This document shows, piece by piece, positions 31,430 to 41,563 of a DNA stretch of 64,000 nucleotides. Below the pieces are notes generated by a model. It made no database searches. It was not told the DNA's origin and was given only the letters and a program-made list of their open reading frames with translations. Both the position numbers and the translations under genes were made by a program. Within the stretch, counting starts at the first letter, position 1. Each line of letters opens with the position of its first letter. Location: positions 198,002 to 262,001 of the forward strand of contig CAWJGT010000011.1 in assembly GCA_963842525.1 (NCBI GenBank), written 5' to 3'. The stretch comes from an uncultured Holophagales bacterium (GTDB lineage Bacteria; Acidobacteriota; Thermoanaerobaculia; Multivoradales; UBA5704).

Positions 31430-33209
31430 CTAGCGAAGCCTGCGGCCTCAAACCGACGAGGGGAGAGAGTGTCGGAGAGTGATGAGGCAGTATCGGCTTG
31501 AGACGAGGAGATATCGCAGGTAAGATACCCCTATGGCGAGCATAGCGGAGATCCTGGAAGGACACGTAACCCTGGAGGTGGAGTGCGTTGATCGGCTGTA
31601 CCTGAACGGGTATATCCCGAGTCTGGCGACTCCTGGGGGGCTGGTGGTTTTCTTGCGTGAGCACCTGGGCAAGCCCATCCCATCGCCAGCGATCCTGGGC
31701 CAACTCACATCGAGCTTTCGGAAAAGGGTAGAAGCGTTTGCTGCGGAGAACGAAATCCCGTGGATCAAGTTTGAGCCTGGGGAGAGGAAGGACGACCGAG
31801 CGAATCAGATGCGCCGAGAGCGCAACGTTCGGGGGGAGGTGGTCTTCATCGGGGTGGCTCAGGAGAAGGCCAAGGCCTTTTCGGGCAAGCAGACCAAGGA
31901 GGAGGGAGCAGGGCGGTTCGAGTACACGCGGGACAAGACGGTATACGTGAACCACTACTACTTCTATGTTGATGACGAAGAATTCGGTCCGGCATTCGTG
32001 AAGGTGTGCAGCTATGCGCCCTGGGCTTTGAAGGTATGCCTCAACGGACATGAGTGGGCCAAACGCCAGTTGGACAAACGGGGGATTGCCTACACGGCCC
32101 TGGACAACGGATTTCTCGAGTGTGGCGATCCGCAGGCCCTGCAGGAGATTTGTAACTCCCTGGGAGCGGAGCAGATCGAGGCCTTTCTGGCGCGCTGGCT
32201 GGAGCGGCTGCCGATGCCCTTGACGAGCGAAGATCGGGCGGCGGGATACGACTGGAAGCTGTCGATCTGGCAGATGGAGGTCAGCCTGACGCAGGTCTTC
32301 GATCGGCCGGTTCGGGGTCGAGAATTTTTCGAGGAGGTGATGCGGGACAACCTCGATTTGGGTCGTCCCGACCGTCTGCAGTTGGTCTTTGATCGACGGA
32401 TCCTGGCGAGCACACCAGGGCAATTCCGGACCCGGGTGATCCAGGATGGTGTGTTGCCGAGCCTGCATATCGAATACAAGAATTTCGATCTGAAGCAGTA
32501 CTTCAAAGAGGGCCGCGCCCTGCGCACGGAAGGAACGTTCCGCAACCCGAAGGATTTCAACGTCAACAAGGGGCTTTCGAACTTCGCCTATCTGGAGCAG
32601 ATAGGACGCCAGATCAACCGGCGGCTTCTGGAGGTCGAGCGGGTGAGCCAGAACTGTGGGCTCTCCGCCGATGGCATCCAACGCGTGGTGCAGCCTACCG
32701 TCAGCGAGGACGGTCAAAAAGCGCCGGGGCTTCGGTTCGGCGATCCGCGGGTCATGGCTTTGATGCTGACCCTCAACCTGTTCATCCATCTGATCAACGG
32801 TTTCCGCAATCGGGATCTCCGCGAGGCAGTCAGCGACCTGTTGGGACGGGACCATCCATATACCGCGACCCAAGCGACCTATGACATCAGACGCCTCTGC
32901 CGCAAGGGTCTGCTCTACCGTCGTCCCGGGACCCATCGCTACGTGGTCACGCCCTACGGTTGGAAGATCGCCAGGCTCTACGCTCGTCTGGAAGCTCGCA
33001 TCTTCCGGCCGGCCCTTACAGTTGTGGAAGGAGAACACGTCGCGGATCCTCTCCCCAAGCTCTCACGAGCTCTAGCGAAAGTTGATCACGAGCTGGACAC
33101 TCTTATCTTCTCGGCATTCCCTTCCATGAAGGAGAAGGCTGCATAGGGGAGAAAAGGTATCAAAAAACGTGTCTCTTTTGTCTAGAAGTCGGTCTGATTA
33201 GACGACTAG
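31430..33209 (+). mobile_element. unclassified insertion sequence flanked by CTAG direct repeats
   Basis: CTAG at 31430-33 and 33206-09; excising the element restores GAC ATT CTA GAG AAG ACC CTA TGC GAT CCG (DILEKTLCDP). Confidence 0.88.
31533..33146 (+). CDS. putative transposase of unrecognised family, with C-terminal winged HTH
   Basis: Only long ORF of the inserted element on this strand; KQYFKEGRALRTE; YDIRRLCRKGLL..PGTHRYVVTPYG is wHTH-like. Confidence 0.75.
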   Translation: MASIAEILEGHVTLEVECVDRLYLNGYIPSLATPGGLVVFLREHLGKPIPSPAILGQLTSSFRKRVEAFAAENEIPWIKFEPGERKDDRANQMRRERNVRGEVVFIGVAQEKAKAFSGKQTKEEGAGRFEYTRDKTVYVNHYYFYVDDEEFGPAFVKVCSYAPWALKVCLNGHEWAKRQLDKRGIAYTALDNGFLECGDPQALQEICNSLGAEQIEAFLARWLERLPMPLTSEDRAAGYDWKLSIWQMEVSLTQVFDRPVRGREFFEEVMRDNLDLGRPDRLQLVFDRRILASTPGQFRTRVIQDGVLPSLHIEYKNFDLKQYFKEGRALRTEGTFRNPKDFNVNKGLSNFAYLEQIGRQINRRLLEVERVSQNCGLSADGIQRVVQPTVSEDGQKAPGLRFGDPRVMALMLTLNLFIHLINGFRNRDLREAVSDLLGRDHPYTATQATYDIRRLCRKGLLYRRPGTHRYVVTPYGWKIARLYARLEARIFRPALTVVEGEHVADPLPKLSRALAKVDHELDTLIFSAFPSMKEKAA

Positions 33210-34780
33210 AGAAGACCCTATGCGATCCGGCGTGTGGCTCCGGAGTGTTCCTCGTCGAAGCGGTGCGTAGCCATCTGGAGGCCTTGCGCCGGTCCGCGAT
33301 TCCGCTGGAGGCGTGGTACCCGCGGGTGCAGGCGCGCTTCGTCGGGATCGATATCGATCCCATCGCCTGCCTCTACGCGCGGCTCAATCTGAGCCTTCTC
33401 CTCGCGCCGGCGATCCTCGCGTGGATGAAGGCCCATCCGCGAGATCTCCCCGAAGCCGTTCCGGTCCACCACCGGGACACTCTGGCCGTTCTCGCCGCGG
33501 AGATGGGCGCGGAAGGATTCCTGCCTACGTCCGGGGACGGCCCCCGGCTTTCGGAATCTTTCGATTTCGTCGTCGGAAATCCCCCCTACCGCAAGCTCGG
33601 ACGCATGGATCCGACCCTGCGCAGCGCGTTCGGCGGCTCGATCTATGGTCACGCGAACGCCTATGGAGTCTTTCTCCACGCAGGGATCGAAATGCTCCGC
33701 CAGGGAGGACGCCTGGGCTTCATCGTTCCCCGCTCGATGCTCTCCGGGCTCTACTTCCAGAACCTGCGAAGGATCATTGAGGAGAGGACCAACCTGGAAG
33801 AGCTGTCGCTGCTGGTTGAGCGCAAGAACATCTTTCCGCAAGTCCTCCAGGGCACGATGATTATCGTTTTCCGCCGCCCCTTGACTGGTGAGGCCGGACG
33901 CCGGCCGATCCGGACCGGGGTCGTCCGCAGCGTGCACGAGCTCGCCAATGGAGGACCCTCTCATGTCCTGGCGGAGGTCGGACAGGTCGCACGGCGTCTG
34001 AACGGGACGACCGTCTGGTTCGTCTCGGATCGCGAGAAGACCTATTCGTTGCTGGACAAGATCCTGGATCGCCACCCGCTCCTGGGCGGCCCGGGCATCG
34101 CATGTCCAGCCAAGACGGGGCCGATTGTCTGGAATCGGGTCAAGCCCTACCTGCGCTCCCGGGCAAACCGCGAAACTCTTCCTCTACTATGGGCGACCGA
34201 CGTGAGCCGATTCCGCTTCCGCTTTGGAACTGCCGAGGAGACCCGTCCCTCCTACCTGGTCGAGATGCAGGAGACTTTGGGATTGTCCACCGCCGGACCA
34301 AGCCTGCTCGTCCAGCGCGTCACTGCGGATGAACAGGCCCGCCGCATCGTGGCAATGCTGGTGCCCTTCTCTCCCCGCGAGAGATACTTCGTCGAAAACC
34401 ATCTCAATATCCTGCAGCCCCAGGGTCTGGGCCGGCAGGTGGATCTCCGGTTCCTCCTCGGCATCCTGTCCTCGGACGTGATCGAGTTCCTGTTCCGGTC
34501 CATGAATGGGAACACCCAAGTCTCCGCCACCGAGCTCAACCTCCTGCCCATCCCGCGAGGGCCCTTCGAGGCCGAGATCGTGGATTCAGTAGCCAGCCTC
34601 GAAGAGTGTGTCGTTCCCGCCGCGAGACGCGACCTCGAAAGTGAGATGAACGAACGAGTGGCCAGAGCCTATAAGCTTACCGAGCGGGACTTGAGGTTTC
34701 TGCAGCGGATGCTCCGACGTGACGATTTCTCCGCGCTTGTTCGGAGAGGCTCATGCATGTAGCCCCAGGGCGGCAGAGGA

Positions 34781-37700
34781 TCAAATCTCCGATTTTGCCA
34801 AGAACTCTTCGATACGGCGATGACGTGGATCGTCTGTTGTTGAGCCCGCTTCCCGGATACGTTCAACAACCATTTCGATCTTCTTTCGAAGAAACCAGAA
34901 CCTATGTGACTCGTTGTACGGCAACAGTGCATCCAGCAATGAAAGCGCTACTTCAGGATGCCGGTCCGGTTGTTCCGACTTTTCCAATGCAAACAGAACG
35001 CCTGAGACCTCATGGCCGGGTTGAAGATAGTTTTTGACAGCAGCTACCGCCTCCGGGAAGGCTTGGCCGGCCGCAATTGCAGCAAGGGCAAGAGAATGAC
35101 CGACCTGCGGGCCTTTCTTGTCACGGCCGCGAGGCCAAAAGCGGTCGAACCAAGGCCCGACCCGCTCGTTCCACAGTGTGCCCGCCTGATTTCCGGCGCC
35201 TCTGAGGATATCTTCCAACACCTTGCCAACCTTCGCCAGTTGCTCGACACCTAGAGATCTGAGAAAGAAGAGGTTCTCCTGCTTGCTGAGGCTGGTCGGA
35301 AATTCGAGTGAAGCGAACGCCAGAAGGCGGACCACATTGGTACTCTTCCCTCCCAAGCTCTCCAAGTGCTCGAGCCCTTGGAGAAGCCCTGCTTTCAGCT
35401 CCTCGAATAGCTCGGGATCCATCCGTGGATGCGACAAGTAACCTGCCCAGAGGGCGGAGGCCTCCCTGGATTTTACCCAGTCGAAGCGCGGTATCAAATT
35501 ACTGCGAGCCCACTCCGGGTCCGCGGCATAGAGAAAGTCCAGTTGAGTGGCCAAGATTACACGCGCCAGTACGTAGGATTCCGTTTCTCCTGATATAATT
35601 GCGTCAAAATAGGAGCGAAGGCTGGAGGGAATGCCGTCGTCCATCTGCGGCTTTGGTTCTCCAAGCCGCTGAAGAAGCGCCTCTGTCAGGATGCCTGCGG
35701 CGTGGTTGATTGCACTGTCGACCGGATCTTGGAGCATGGCTGGCTGCCGGAAGGCTGCCGGCCAGAGTGAGTCGACGATAGACCGGTAGGTTGCCTCGCA
35801 TTCTGGGAGAATTGGCTGCGTGCTCGCTTGGCATAGCCATTCTGCAATAGCTCTAGGAATCTCGTTGAAGAGCGAAGACGGTGCGGTACTCAAAAGGTAG
35901 CCAACAAAGGTTCGTGCTCGGCCACGTGCTATCTTAGAGTCACGGAAAGCAAATAGAAAACTTTCCCAAATCCTGGAGGGCCATTCCCCTTGAGCCGCCA
36001 TTTGCCGCAACAAGCGTGCCCCGCGTCCCGGCTTGCGCCGAATGAGCTGCCGCCACTTATCTAAGAGGCCACCCCTCTTGTCACGATCGCGAAGAAGTAT
36101 TCGAATCAACTCTTCGTCTTCGAATGCGTCGGCCTGATCAGAAGAATAGTCCGACGACCGGCCATAGTGGATTGTGGCAGATATCGGATACTCTTCATCG
36201 GATCCCGCTGAATCCTCGAGCTGCCACTTCTGCTGGACTCTCGATATCCAATCAAGATCTTCCTGGGCAAGCATAGCACCGGACCGACGCAACGCTGACA
36301 TGCGCTCCCAGATCTGACACTCGCGGCTGTATTCATCTTGGGAAGCGTCCGGGTAATGTTCGATAGGAGGTCCTGCCTTGATCACAGTCATCAGCCGATC
36401 AAAGTCTTGGCTGTTAAGAGAGCCCCCGGCTTGCTGAAGGAAGCGCAGGACCTCGTGATGCGTCGAAAATTCCCAGAGGGTTTTGGCCCCGTCTTCGAGC
36501 AAGATATCTAATCCCACGGGGCCTGCCAGGGTGCGTATGGTTGTCGCGGCATAGAGGAGGAGTCGCCGGAAGACCGGAAAATCTTGGCCTCTCCAGCGGC
36601 CAATAATTACCTCAGTAAGGCGCTGATCTCTTTGGGCAGATACCCGAAATGATTCCCGGGCTAATTCAATCAGGCGCGCCCAACTATCGAGTCGCCGGGC
36701 CGGAATAGACGACGCAATCGATCGGATGTAGTCGTTGCTCGGGTCGCGATTGTGATCTGCAAGGCCAAGGAGGGTAAGCCACTGCATGGATTGGATAAGC
36801 AAGCTGGTCAAGTCGTCAGCAATAGCGAAGAGGACCTCGTCGCGGTTGGCGGCCTCGGCGAGCACGTAATCCAAGAAGTATTTGGCCTGGTCACCCCCCG
36901 CCAGCTTGAGTTCTACACTCATAAGACCTTGAATTGTCTCACCTGAGATTTCGGTGGCGATAGGTCGGCCGATCCAATCGAGCCGTTTCTTTGGCTCCAT
37001 ATGGGGAAGAGGAGCCAATAGACAGAGAATCTCGTTCCGCACCAAAGGCGAGAGGGGGACAGACTGAAGATCCTGTTCGTCTATCCGATTATATTGGATA
37101 GAGGTGGCTCGGGCAAAGGAATCGCTGGCAAGTATTTCCCAGATGCTGCGTAACGGCTCTAGTTTCTCGTCAAGCTCTCCAAGATGTCCACGCACTGCTC
37201 GTCTGAACTCAGGATGCAGCACTCCTCCTCTCTTCAAGACCCACTCTAATAGGCCTCGGTCCTTTAAGTGTCGACACAGCCAATATACCAATCTGGCTGT
37301 GGGCTTGGAGAGTTCTAATGACCAGCCACTTCGGAAACTATTCTCTACGAGTGGAACAGAGATCTTGGTTCCCCGTACAGCCGAGGAGAGAAGGTTGAGA
37401 GACTCGAACTCCGGATGATCGAAGACCTGCAACCACCTGAGGGGAGGCACGGGCTCGGCCGCAGCGAACTCCGCAGCTGCCACTCCTGAGGGCTCTGAGA
37501 TGGCCCAGACAACGCGGCGAGCCACTTCGTCTATTCTGCCTTCCGGAGGGGCATCCTTCGCATGCTTGCTTATGATGTATCGCTTCGATTGCAGTCCAAA
37601 GCGGTGCATATCGGCCCAGGCCTCTAGAGTCTTTCGCAACTTGAGATGGTGATGCCGGGCATCATAAAAAACCGCTTCCACGCTTTTGCTTCTCCATTGA

Positions 37701-38458
37701 ACTTCTATCCTCTTACGATTCTCTTCCCGCCCTTGGATCGCGGCAAATGCGTAAGGCGTACGGAAGTTGATCCCACGAGATCGTCGTTCGGATGCAAGTG
37801 CGTCCGTCAGGTATCTCATGACAGGGTCATCGACGCTGTATCCAACGAACAGGACCGTGAAGTGCCGGAAGAGCTCAGTCACAAACCGACTCGCCCATCC
37901 CTCAGCGAGGTAGGCCGTTCCAAAATCTGCGCTGGTGAGGACTAGATCGTCTCGCTCCGGCCGGCCGGGATGAATGCGTCCATGGAGGTGGACCAAGCTC
38001 TGCCAAGCAAGAGGCTTGGGCACGGGAAGCCTGGGAGCCCTATCGACCTCGTCCTCCGGGCATCCAGCACTTTCGAAGGCGTTGTCGAAATTGGTAGTGA
38101 GGAGCCGCAGGACACCTTCGGGGGTTCTAGACAGCGTGAGAATGGCCTTGTGGAGCGATAGATCGGCAGTTGGCGATAGCGTCAGAATCCTGTTCACCTC
38201 CCGGCGTAGCTCTCCCTCGTTGATTCGTCCTTCCAGCAGACCCAAGACTCGATCGAGTTGGCCCGCTTTGAGCGCGATGCGCTCCTCAGGTGTCGCCTCC
38301 TCTCCAAGAGCCTCATAGAGCGCTTTAACGAGACCCCTGAAGTCCGGAAGTGCTGGGACCGAAATCCCGGCACCACAGAAGAGAACGAGTCTGCCATCTT
38401 CGAGCGCATCGAAGACAGCAGGTGGGATATCTGGGCCGCCAGGAATCAGGGTTGGCAT
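34781..38458 (-). CDS. SIR2-like domain anti-phage protein (Dsr1-like)
   Basis: GPDIP..LFCGAGIS, LTTNFD, HLHG and VLFVGYSVDDP, followed by a long helical region; GC content lower than the flanks. Confidence 0.85.
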   Translation of the reverse strand: MPTLIPGGPDIPPAVFDALEDGRLVLFCGAGISVPALPDFRGLVKALYEALGEEATPEERIALKAGQLDRVLGLLEGRINEGELRREVNRILTLSPTADLSLHKAILTLSRTPEGVLRLLTTNFDNAFESAGCPEDEVDRAPRLPVPKPLAWQSLVHLHGRIHPGRPERDDLVLTSADFGTAYLAEGWASRFVTELFRHFTVLFVGYSVDDPVMRYLTDALASERRSRGINFRTPYAFAAIQGREENRKRIEVQWRSKSVEAVFYDARHHHLKLRKTLEAWADMHRFGLQSKRYIISKHAKDAPPEGRIDEVARRVVWAISEPSGVAAAEFAAAEPVPPLRWLQVFDHPEFESLNLLSSAVRGTKISVPLVENSFRSGWSLELSKPTARLVYWLCRHLKDRGLLEWVLKRGGVLHPEFRRAVRGHLGELDEKLEPLRSIWEILASDSFARATSIQYNRIDEQDLQSVPLSPLVRNEILCLLAPLPHMEPKKRLDWIGRPIATEISGETIQGLMSVELKLAGGDQAKYFLDYVLAEAANRDEVLFAIADDLTSLLIQSMQWLTLLGLADHNRDPSNDYIRSIASSIPARRLDSWARLIELARESFRVSAQRDQRLTEVIIGRWRGQDFPVFRRLLLYAATTIRTLAGPVGLDILLEDGAKTLWEFSTHHEVLRFLQQAGGSLNSQDFDRLMTVIKAGPPIEHYPDASQDEYSRECQIWERMSALRRSGAMLAQEDLDWISRVQQKWQLEDSAGSDEEYPISATIHYGRSSDYSSDQADAFEDEELIRILLRDRDKRGGLLDKWRQLIRRKPGRGARLLRQMAAQGEWPSRIWESFLFAFRDSKIARGRARTFVGYLLSTAPSSLFNEIPRAIAEWLCQASTQPILPECEATYRSIVDSLWPAAFRQPAMLQDPVDSAINHAAGILTEALLQRLGEPKPQMDDGIPSSLRSYFDAIISGETESYVLARVILATQLDFLYAADPEWARSNLIPRFDWVKSREASALWAGYLSHPRMDPELFEELKAGLLQGLEHLESLGGKSTNVVRLLAFASLEFPTSLSKQENLFFLRSLGVEQLAKVGKVLEDILRGAGNQAGTLWNERVGPWFDRFWPRGRDKKGPQVGHSLALAAIAAGQAFPEAVAAVKNYLQPGHEVSGVLFALEKSEQPDRHPEVALSLLDALLPYNESHRFWFLRKKIEMVVERIREAGSTTDDPRHRRIEEFLAKSEI

Positions 38459-38684
38459 GATGGATCTCAGTGTATCGGCAGGTCCGGCCTGTGTCTTCTA
38501 CCCTGCTTTTTGGGCAGAAATTACTACTGGTACAGACTAGGCCGGCCACGCATGCGCCGGGTAGATCGCAGCCTCTTTTCCTAGTCCTCGACCTCCACCG
38601 AGAGAACCTTGTGGTGCCAACGGCTGGTTCGGCGCCTCACCTCGCTGTGCCCTGGGAGGGGGGCCAGGGGTTTCCCAGGGCGGC

Positions 38685-39110
38685 TCACGCATGTCGGTCG
38701 AGCCTGCGGACACGGACCACCGTGGCGGGCAGGGCCAGGATCTCCGGGTCGCCGGTGAGGACGGGCGCCTTCTCCAGCCGGCCGGTGGCAACAGCGAATG
38801 CGTCAGCGTAGGAGAGAGGGTGTGTCGCTTTGATTCGCGCTGCCTCGAGGACCAGGGATTCGCGAGCCGGTACGATGTCGATCGGAAGCGCCTTCACCTG
38901 GGCGAGGCGTTCCTCGGCCTGCGTCTCATCGGTGAGTTGGAGGAGACGATAGAAGACCTCACCGAGGTTGACCACGTTCAGCAGCAGGCGGAGGTTGCCG
39001 CTTTGCGCGCGGCGGAGATAGCGGCGCATCACCGCCGCGCCGGGTTCCTCGGCGCGCAGGAACGCCAGGATTGCCCAGGAATCAACGACCGCGACGCTGC
39101 CAGCGCGCAT
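38685..39110 (-). CDS. VapC-type PIN toxin
   Basis: VVDSWAILAFL, NLGEV, LSYADAFA and LTGDPE. Confidence 0.9.
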   Translation of the reverse strand: MRAGSVAVVDSWAILAFLRAEEPGAAVMRRYLRRAQSGNLRLLLNVVNLGEVFYRLLQLTDETQAEERLAQVKALPIDIVPARESLVLEAARIKATHPLSYADAFAVATGRLEKAPVLTGDPEILALPATVVRVRRLDRHA

Positions 39111-39360
39111 CGGCTTCGATTTCGGCTTGGTGCTCGGCTTCGAGATCCGCGAGGGGATCCCGCGGGAGACCCTTCAGGCAGCCATAGAGGATGTCGATGG
39201 GATTCCCTGCCTCGAGCAGCGTCAAGCGCACGGCACCATCGCCCATGATCTCGACCGCCAACTCAGTGCCCGACACCCACCGGAGTTGCTCGCGCACAGG
39301 CTTGGGAATGACGACCTGACCCTTGCTGGTCACACGGGTTGCGGACTTCATGAGCGTCAT
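39082..39360 (-). CDS. AbrB/MazE-family antitoxin
   Basis: VTSKGQVVIPKPVREQL; overlaps the PIN gene. Confidence 0.9.
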   Translation of the reverse strand: MTLMKSATRVTSKGQVVIPKPVREQLRWVSGTELAVEIMGDGAVRLTLLEAGNPIDILYGCLKGLPRDPLADLEAEHQAEIEADARWQRRGR

Positions 39361-39385
39361 CTTACCAAAGAGGCCGGCCTGCGCC

Positions 39386-39907
39386 TCACCCCGCCCGCCG
39401 TGCCGGCCGGCTCCGCGAATAGAGGGCTTCTCGATGGGCTGTGCCCTCACGGATGATGTGGAGGCGGCCGACGGCGGCGAGACGGCGCAATGTCACCGAG
39501 ACGGCCCGGCCGTTGACGGGTTGGCGCAGTTTGGCGCCATAACGGCGATTGATCTCCCGCGCGATGTCCGACGGAGTGAAGGTGTCCTCCGGCTTATGGC
39601 TCTCCACGAGGCGCTTCACCAGCTTGCCGACCGGGCGCCTCTTGCCTGCCGGGACCTCGTCGTCCGGGGGCGGCGGCGGCGGTGAGGCGGTGGCCCGGTG
39701 GCGGTCCACCAATTCGCCTGCCGCGGCGGCCGCAGCCTGGAATGCCGCGAATCGTTCCTGGGCCGTCTCGAGCCCAGCGGCATGGAGGGCTCTCTGCTCG
39801 CGGTGCAAGACCTCCCGGTCGGCGTGATGCTTTTCCTGTTCGCGGTGAAAGGTGATCTGGCCTTCCAGCTCGGCCAACATCTGGGCAATGGAGAGGTTCG
39901 ATGCCAC
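39386..39907 (-). CDS. hypothetical protein: coiled-coil N terminus, wHTH-like C terminus
   Basis: GTG start after GGAGGA; FTPSDIAREINRRY...VSVTLRRLAAVGRL. Confidence 0.7.
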   Translation of the reverse strand: MASNLSIAQMLAELEGQITFHREQEKHHADREVLHREQRALHAAGLETAQERFAAFQAAAAAAGELVDRHRATASPPPPPPDDEVPAGKRRPVGKLVKRLVESHKPEDTFTPSDIAREINRRYGAKLRQPVNGRAVSVTLRRLAAVGRLHIIREGTAHREALYSRSRPARRAG

Positions 39908-40082
39908 AGGGCGTCCTCCGTCCTTGCGAATCCCGGCTGATCGCGGCAAGGCTTTCCCCGGCAGCCCGGGGCGATCCCGGATGCCGCAATCGCCGCGAGC
40001 TTGCGTCGAGCCGATCCGACTTCGCGACAATAGCGCATCCAGCGGCCCTTGTCGAGATCCGGAGCGCCGGCGGGATTTTCCT

Positions 40083-40535
40083 TTGCGGCAGCTAATCTTC
40101 CGGCCAGGGTTCTTGGCGGCAAATTGCGGCAAAGCAAAGAAGAACGCGGCGGCGCTTATTGCTTTGCGCCGGATATCTCGAGAACGCGGCCAGTAGATTT
40201 ACATTGCGGCGCCGTTTCTGCTAATGCGGCGGCTGCAAAAAGAACGCGGCGAGAGATTATCTCAACGCGCCGCACGGATGGAGGACGAGGCGTTTCCAGA
40301 TATTTTGCCGCAATGCACTGTAATCTGCCGCGAACCCTTTTCCGCAGGACCCTCGGAAAATTCCCTGCCGCAACAGAAAATTAGTCGCCGCAATGACTTT
40401 TCCGTTTGCGGCGCCGCTTTTGCCATCGCGGCGTCTCTTTTTCCGCTGCCGCAACGTAGATTTCCAACGCGGCATTTCTTCTAAAATCGCGGCGCCTCCG
40501 GCGCCATCGCTCCGCCGGAATTTCCTTTGCGGCAA
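40083..40535. repeat. 20-bp-phased GCGGC/GCCGC motif array
   Basis: GCGGC-like cores end at 40130, 40150, 40170, 40190, 40210, 40230 and 40250; inverted GCCGC at 40307, 40327, 40367 and 40387; variable AT-rich spacers. Confidence 0.75.
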
Positions 40536-40642
40536 CCCGCCGTCATCCGGCTGGACGATGCGCCGTTCAGGACAAATCGTCATTGTGCGGCCGGTGCGGG
40601 CTCCAGGGCCGGCTCCGGCGCTTCCTGGCGGGCTTCAGATGC

Positions 40643-41277
40643 TTACGCGTACTTCGTCCCGCACTCGGGACAGAACTTCGGGCTGCCCTCGGCCTCGGCG
40701 CCGCAGGAGTCGCAGACCTTCTTCTGGACCGTCGAGGTGCCGCATTCGGGGCAGAACTTGGCCGCGCCGATCTTCGCGCCGCAGGCCTTGCAGGAGGCCC
40801 CGGCCAACGGTTCCGAGGTCGCGCTCCTTCATCCAGTCGACGGTGCGTGCCTTCTCGAAGGCCTGCTCGCGGGCCGCCTCGGCCTGGGCCGCGGCGATCT
40901 CCTCGTCCATGTCCGGCGCGCAGCTCTCGCAGAAGCCGGGCCTTCTTGTTGAAGCAGACCGGCTCGCAGACGTACTGGCCGCAGCGGGTGCACTGCTTGA
41001 ACAGCGGCCGGACCTCCTCGACTGCTTCGCGCAGCGCCGCGTCGTGCGCCGGACCACCCACGGCGCGCTGGATCTCGTAGGCCGTGTCCGCGGCCCGGCC
41101 AAAGATGCCGCCGAAGAGGTTGCCCGCCACCTGCGCGGCCGAGGCCGCCATGCCGATCTTCGAGGACTTGAAACTGGACATGTACCCGTTGCCGCATTTC
41201 TCGCAGTAGAACTTGAACTGATAGCCCTTGTCGGTCGACAGGTCTTCGTAGTTTCCGGTGAACTCGATGCGCGGCAT
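40643..41277 (-). CDS. zinc-ribbon domain protein (frameshifts near 40940 and 40805)
   Basis: NYEDLSTDKGYQFKFYCEKCGNG, CTRC..CEPVC, CESC, KFCPECG twice. Confidence 0.8.
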
Positions 41278-41358
41278 GCTGCTGCCCCTTCTGGATCTTG
41301 AAAGAGTTGGATGGCTCTGGCTTTCTCGGATCGATCGTGGAAATGGTAGCATGGGAAA

Positions 41359-41560
41359 CCTCACCCCCTGTCCCCCTCTCCCATCGCCCCCCCACCGACC
41401 GGGAGAGGGGGGACGTAGCTGGAGCCTGGAGGCGAGGTCGAGGGGTTTCTCGAAAGAGAGTCTCTGAAAAGAAACTGCCAGCTATCCCTCAGAGCACCAA
41501 CCAGGTGCCCCCTCTCCCGGGGGAAGGGGGGGCGATGGGAGAGGGGGACAGGGGGTGAGG
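41359..41560. repeat. palindromic repeat pair (CCCCCTCTCCC family)
   Basis: CCTCACCCCCTGTCCCCCTCTCCCATCGCCCCCC and its inverted copy. Confidence 0.85.
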
Positions 41561-41563
41561 TTC

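Larger units (their letters stand above)
30976..34762 (+). pseudogene. gamma-class N6-adenine DNA methyltransferase (Eco57I/TaqI-like) interrupted by an IS
   Basis: RRDLGQVVTPQPIVRYIL (after a frameshift near 31308), DIL|EKTLCDPACGSG across the insertion, GIDID and VVGNPPY. Confidence 0.85.

Noticed and set aside
39907-40583. Short ORFs across the GCGGC array
   Set aside because: The 20-bp period is out of frame, codon usage is atypical and there is no RBS; treated as non-coding.
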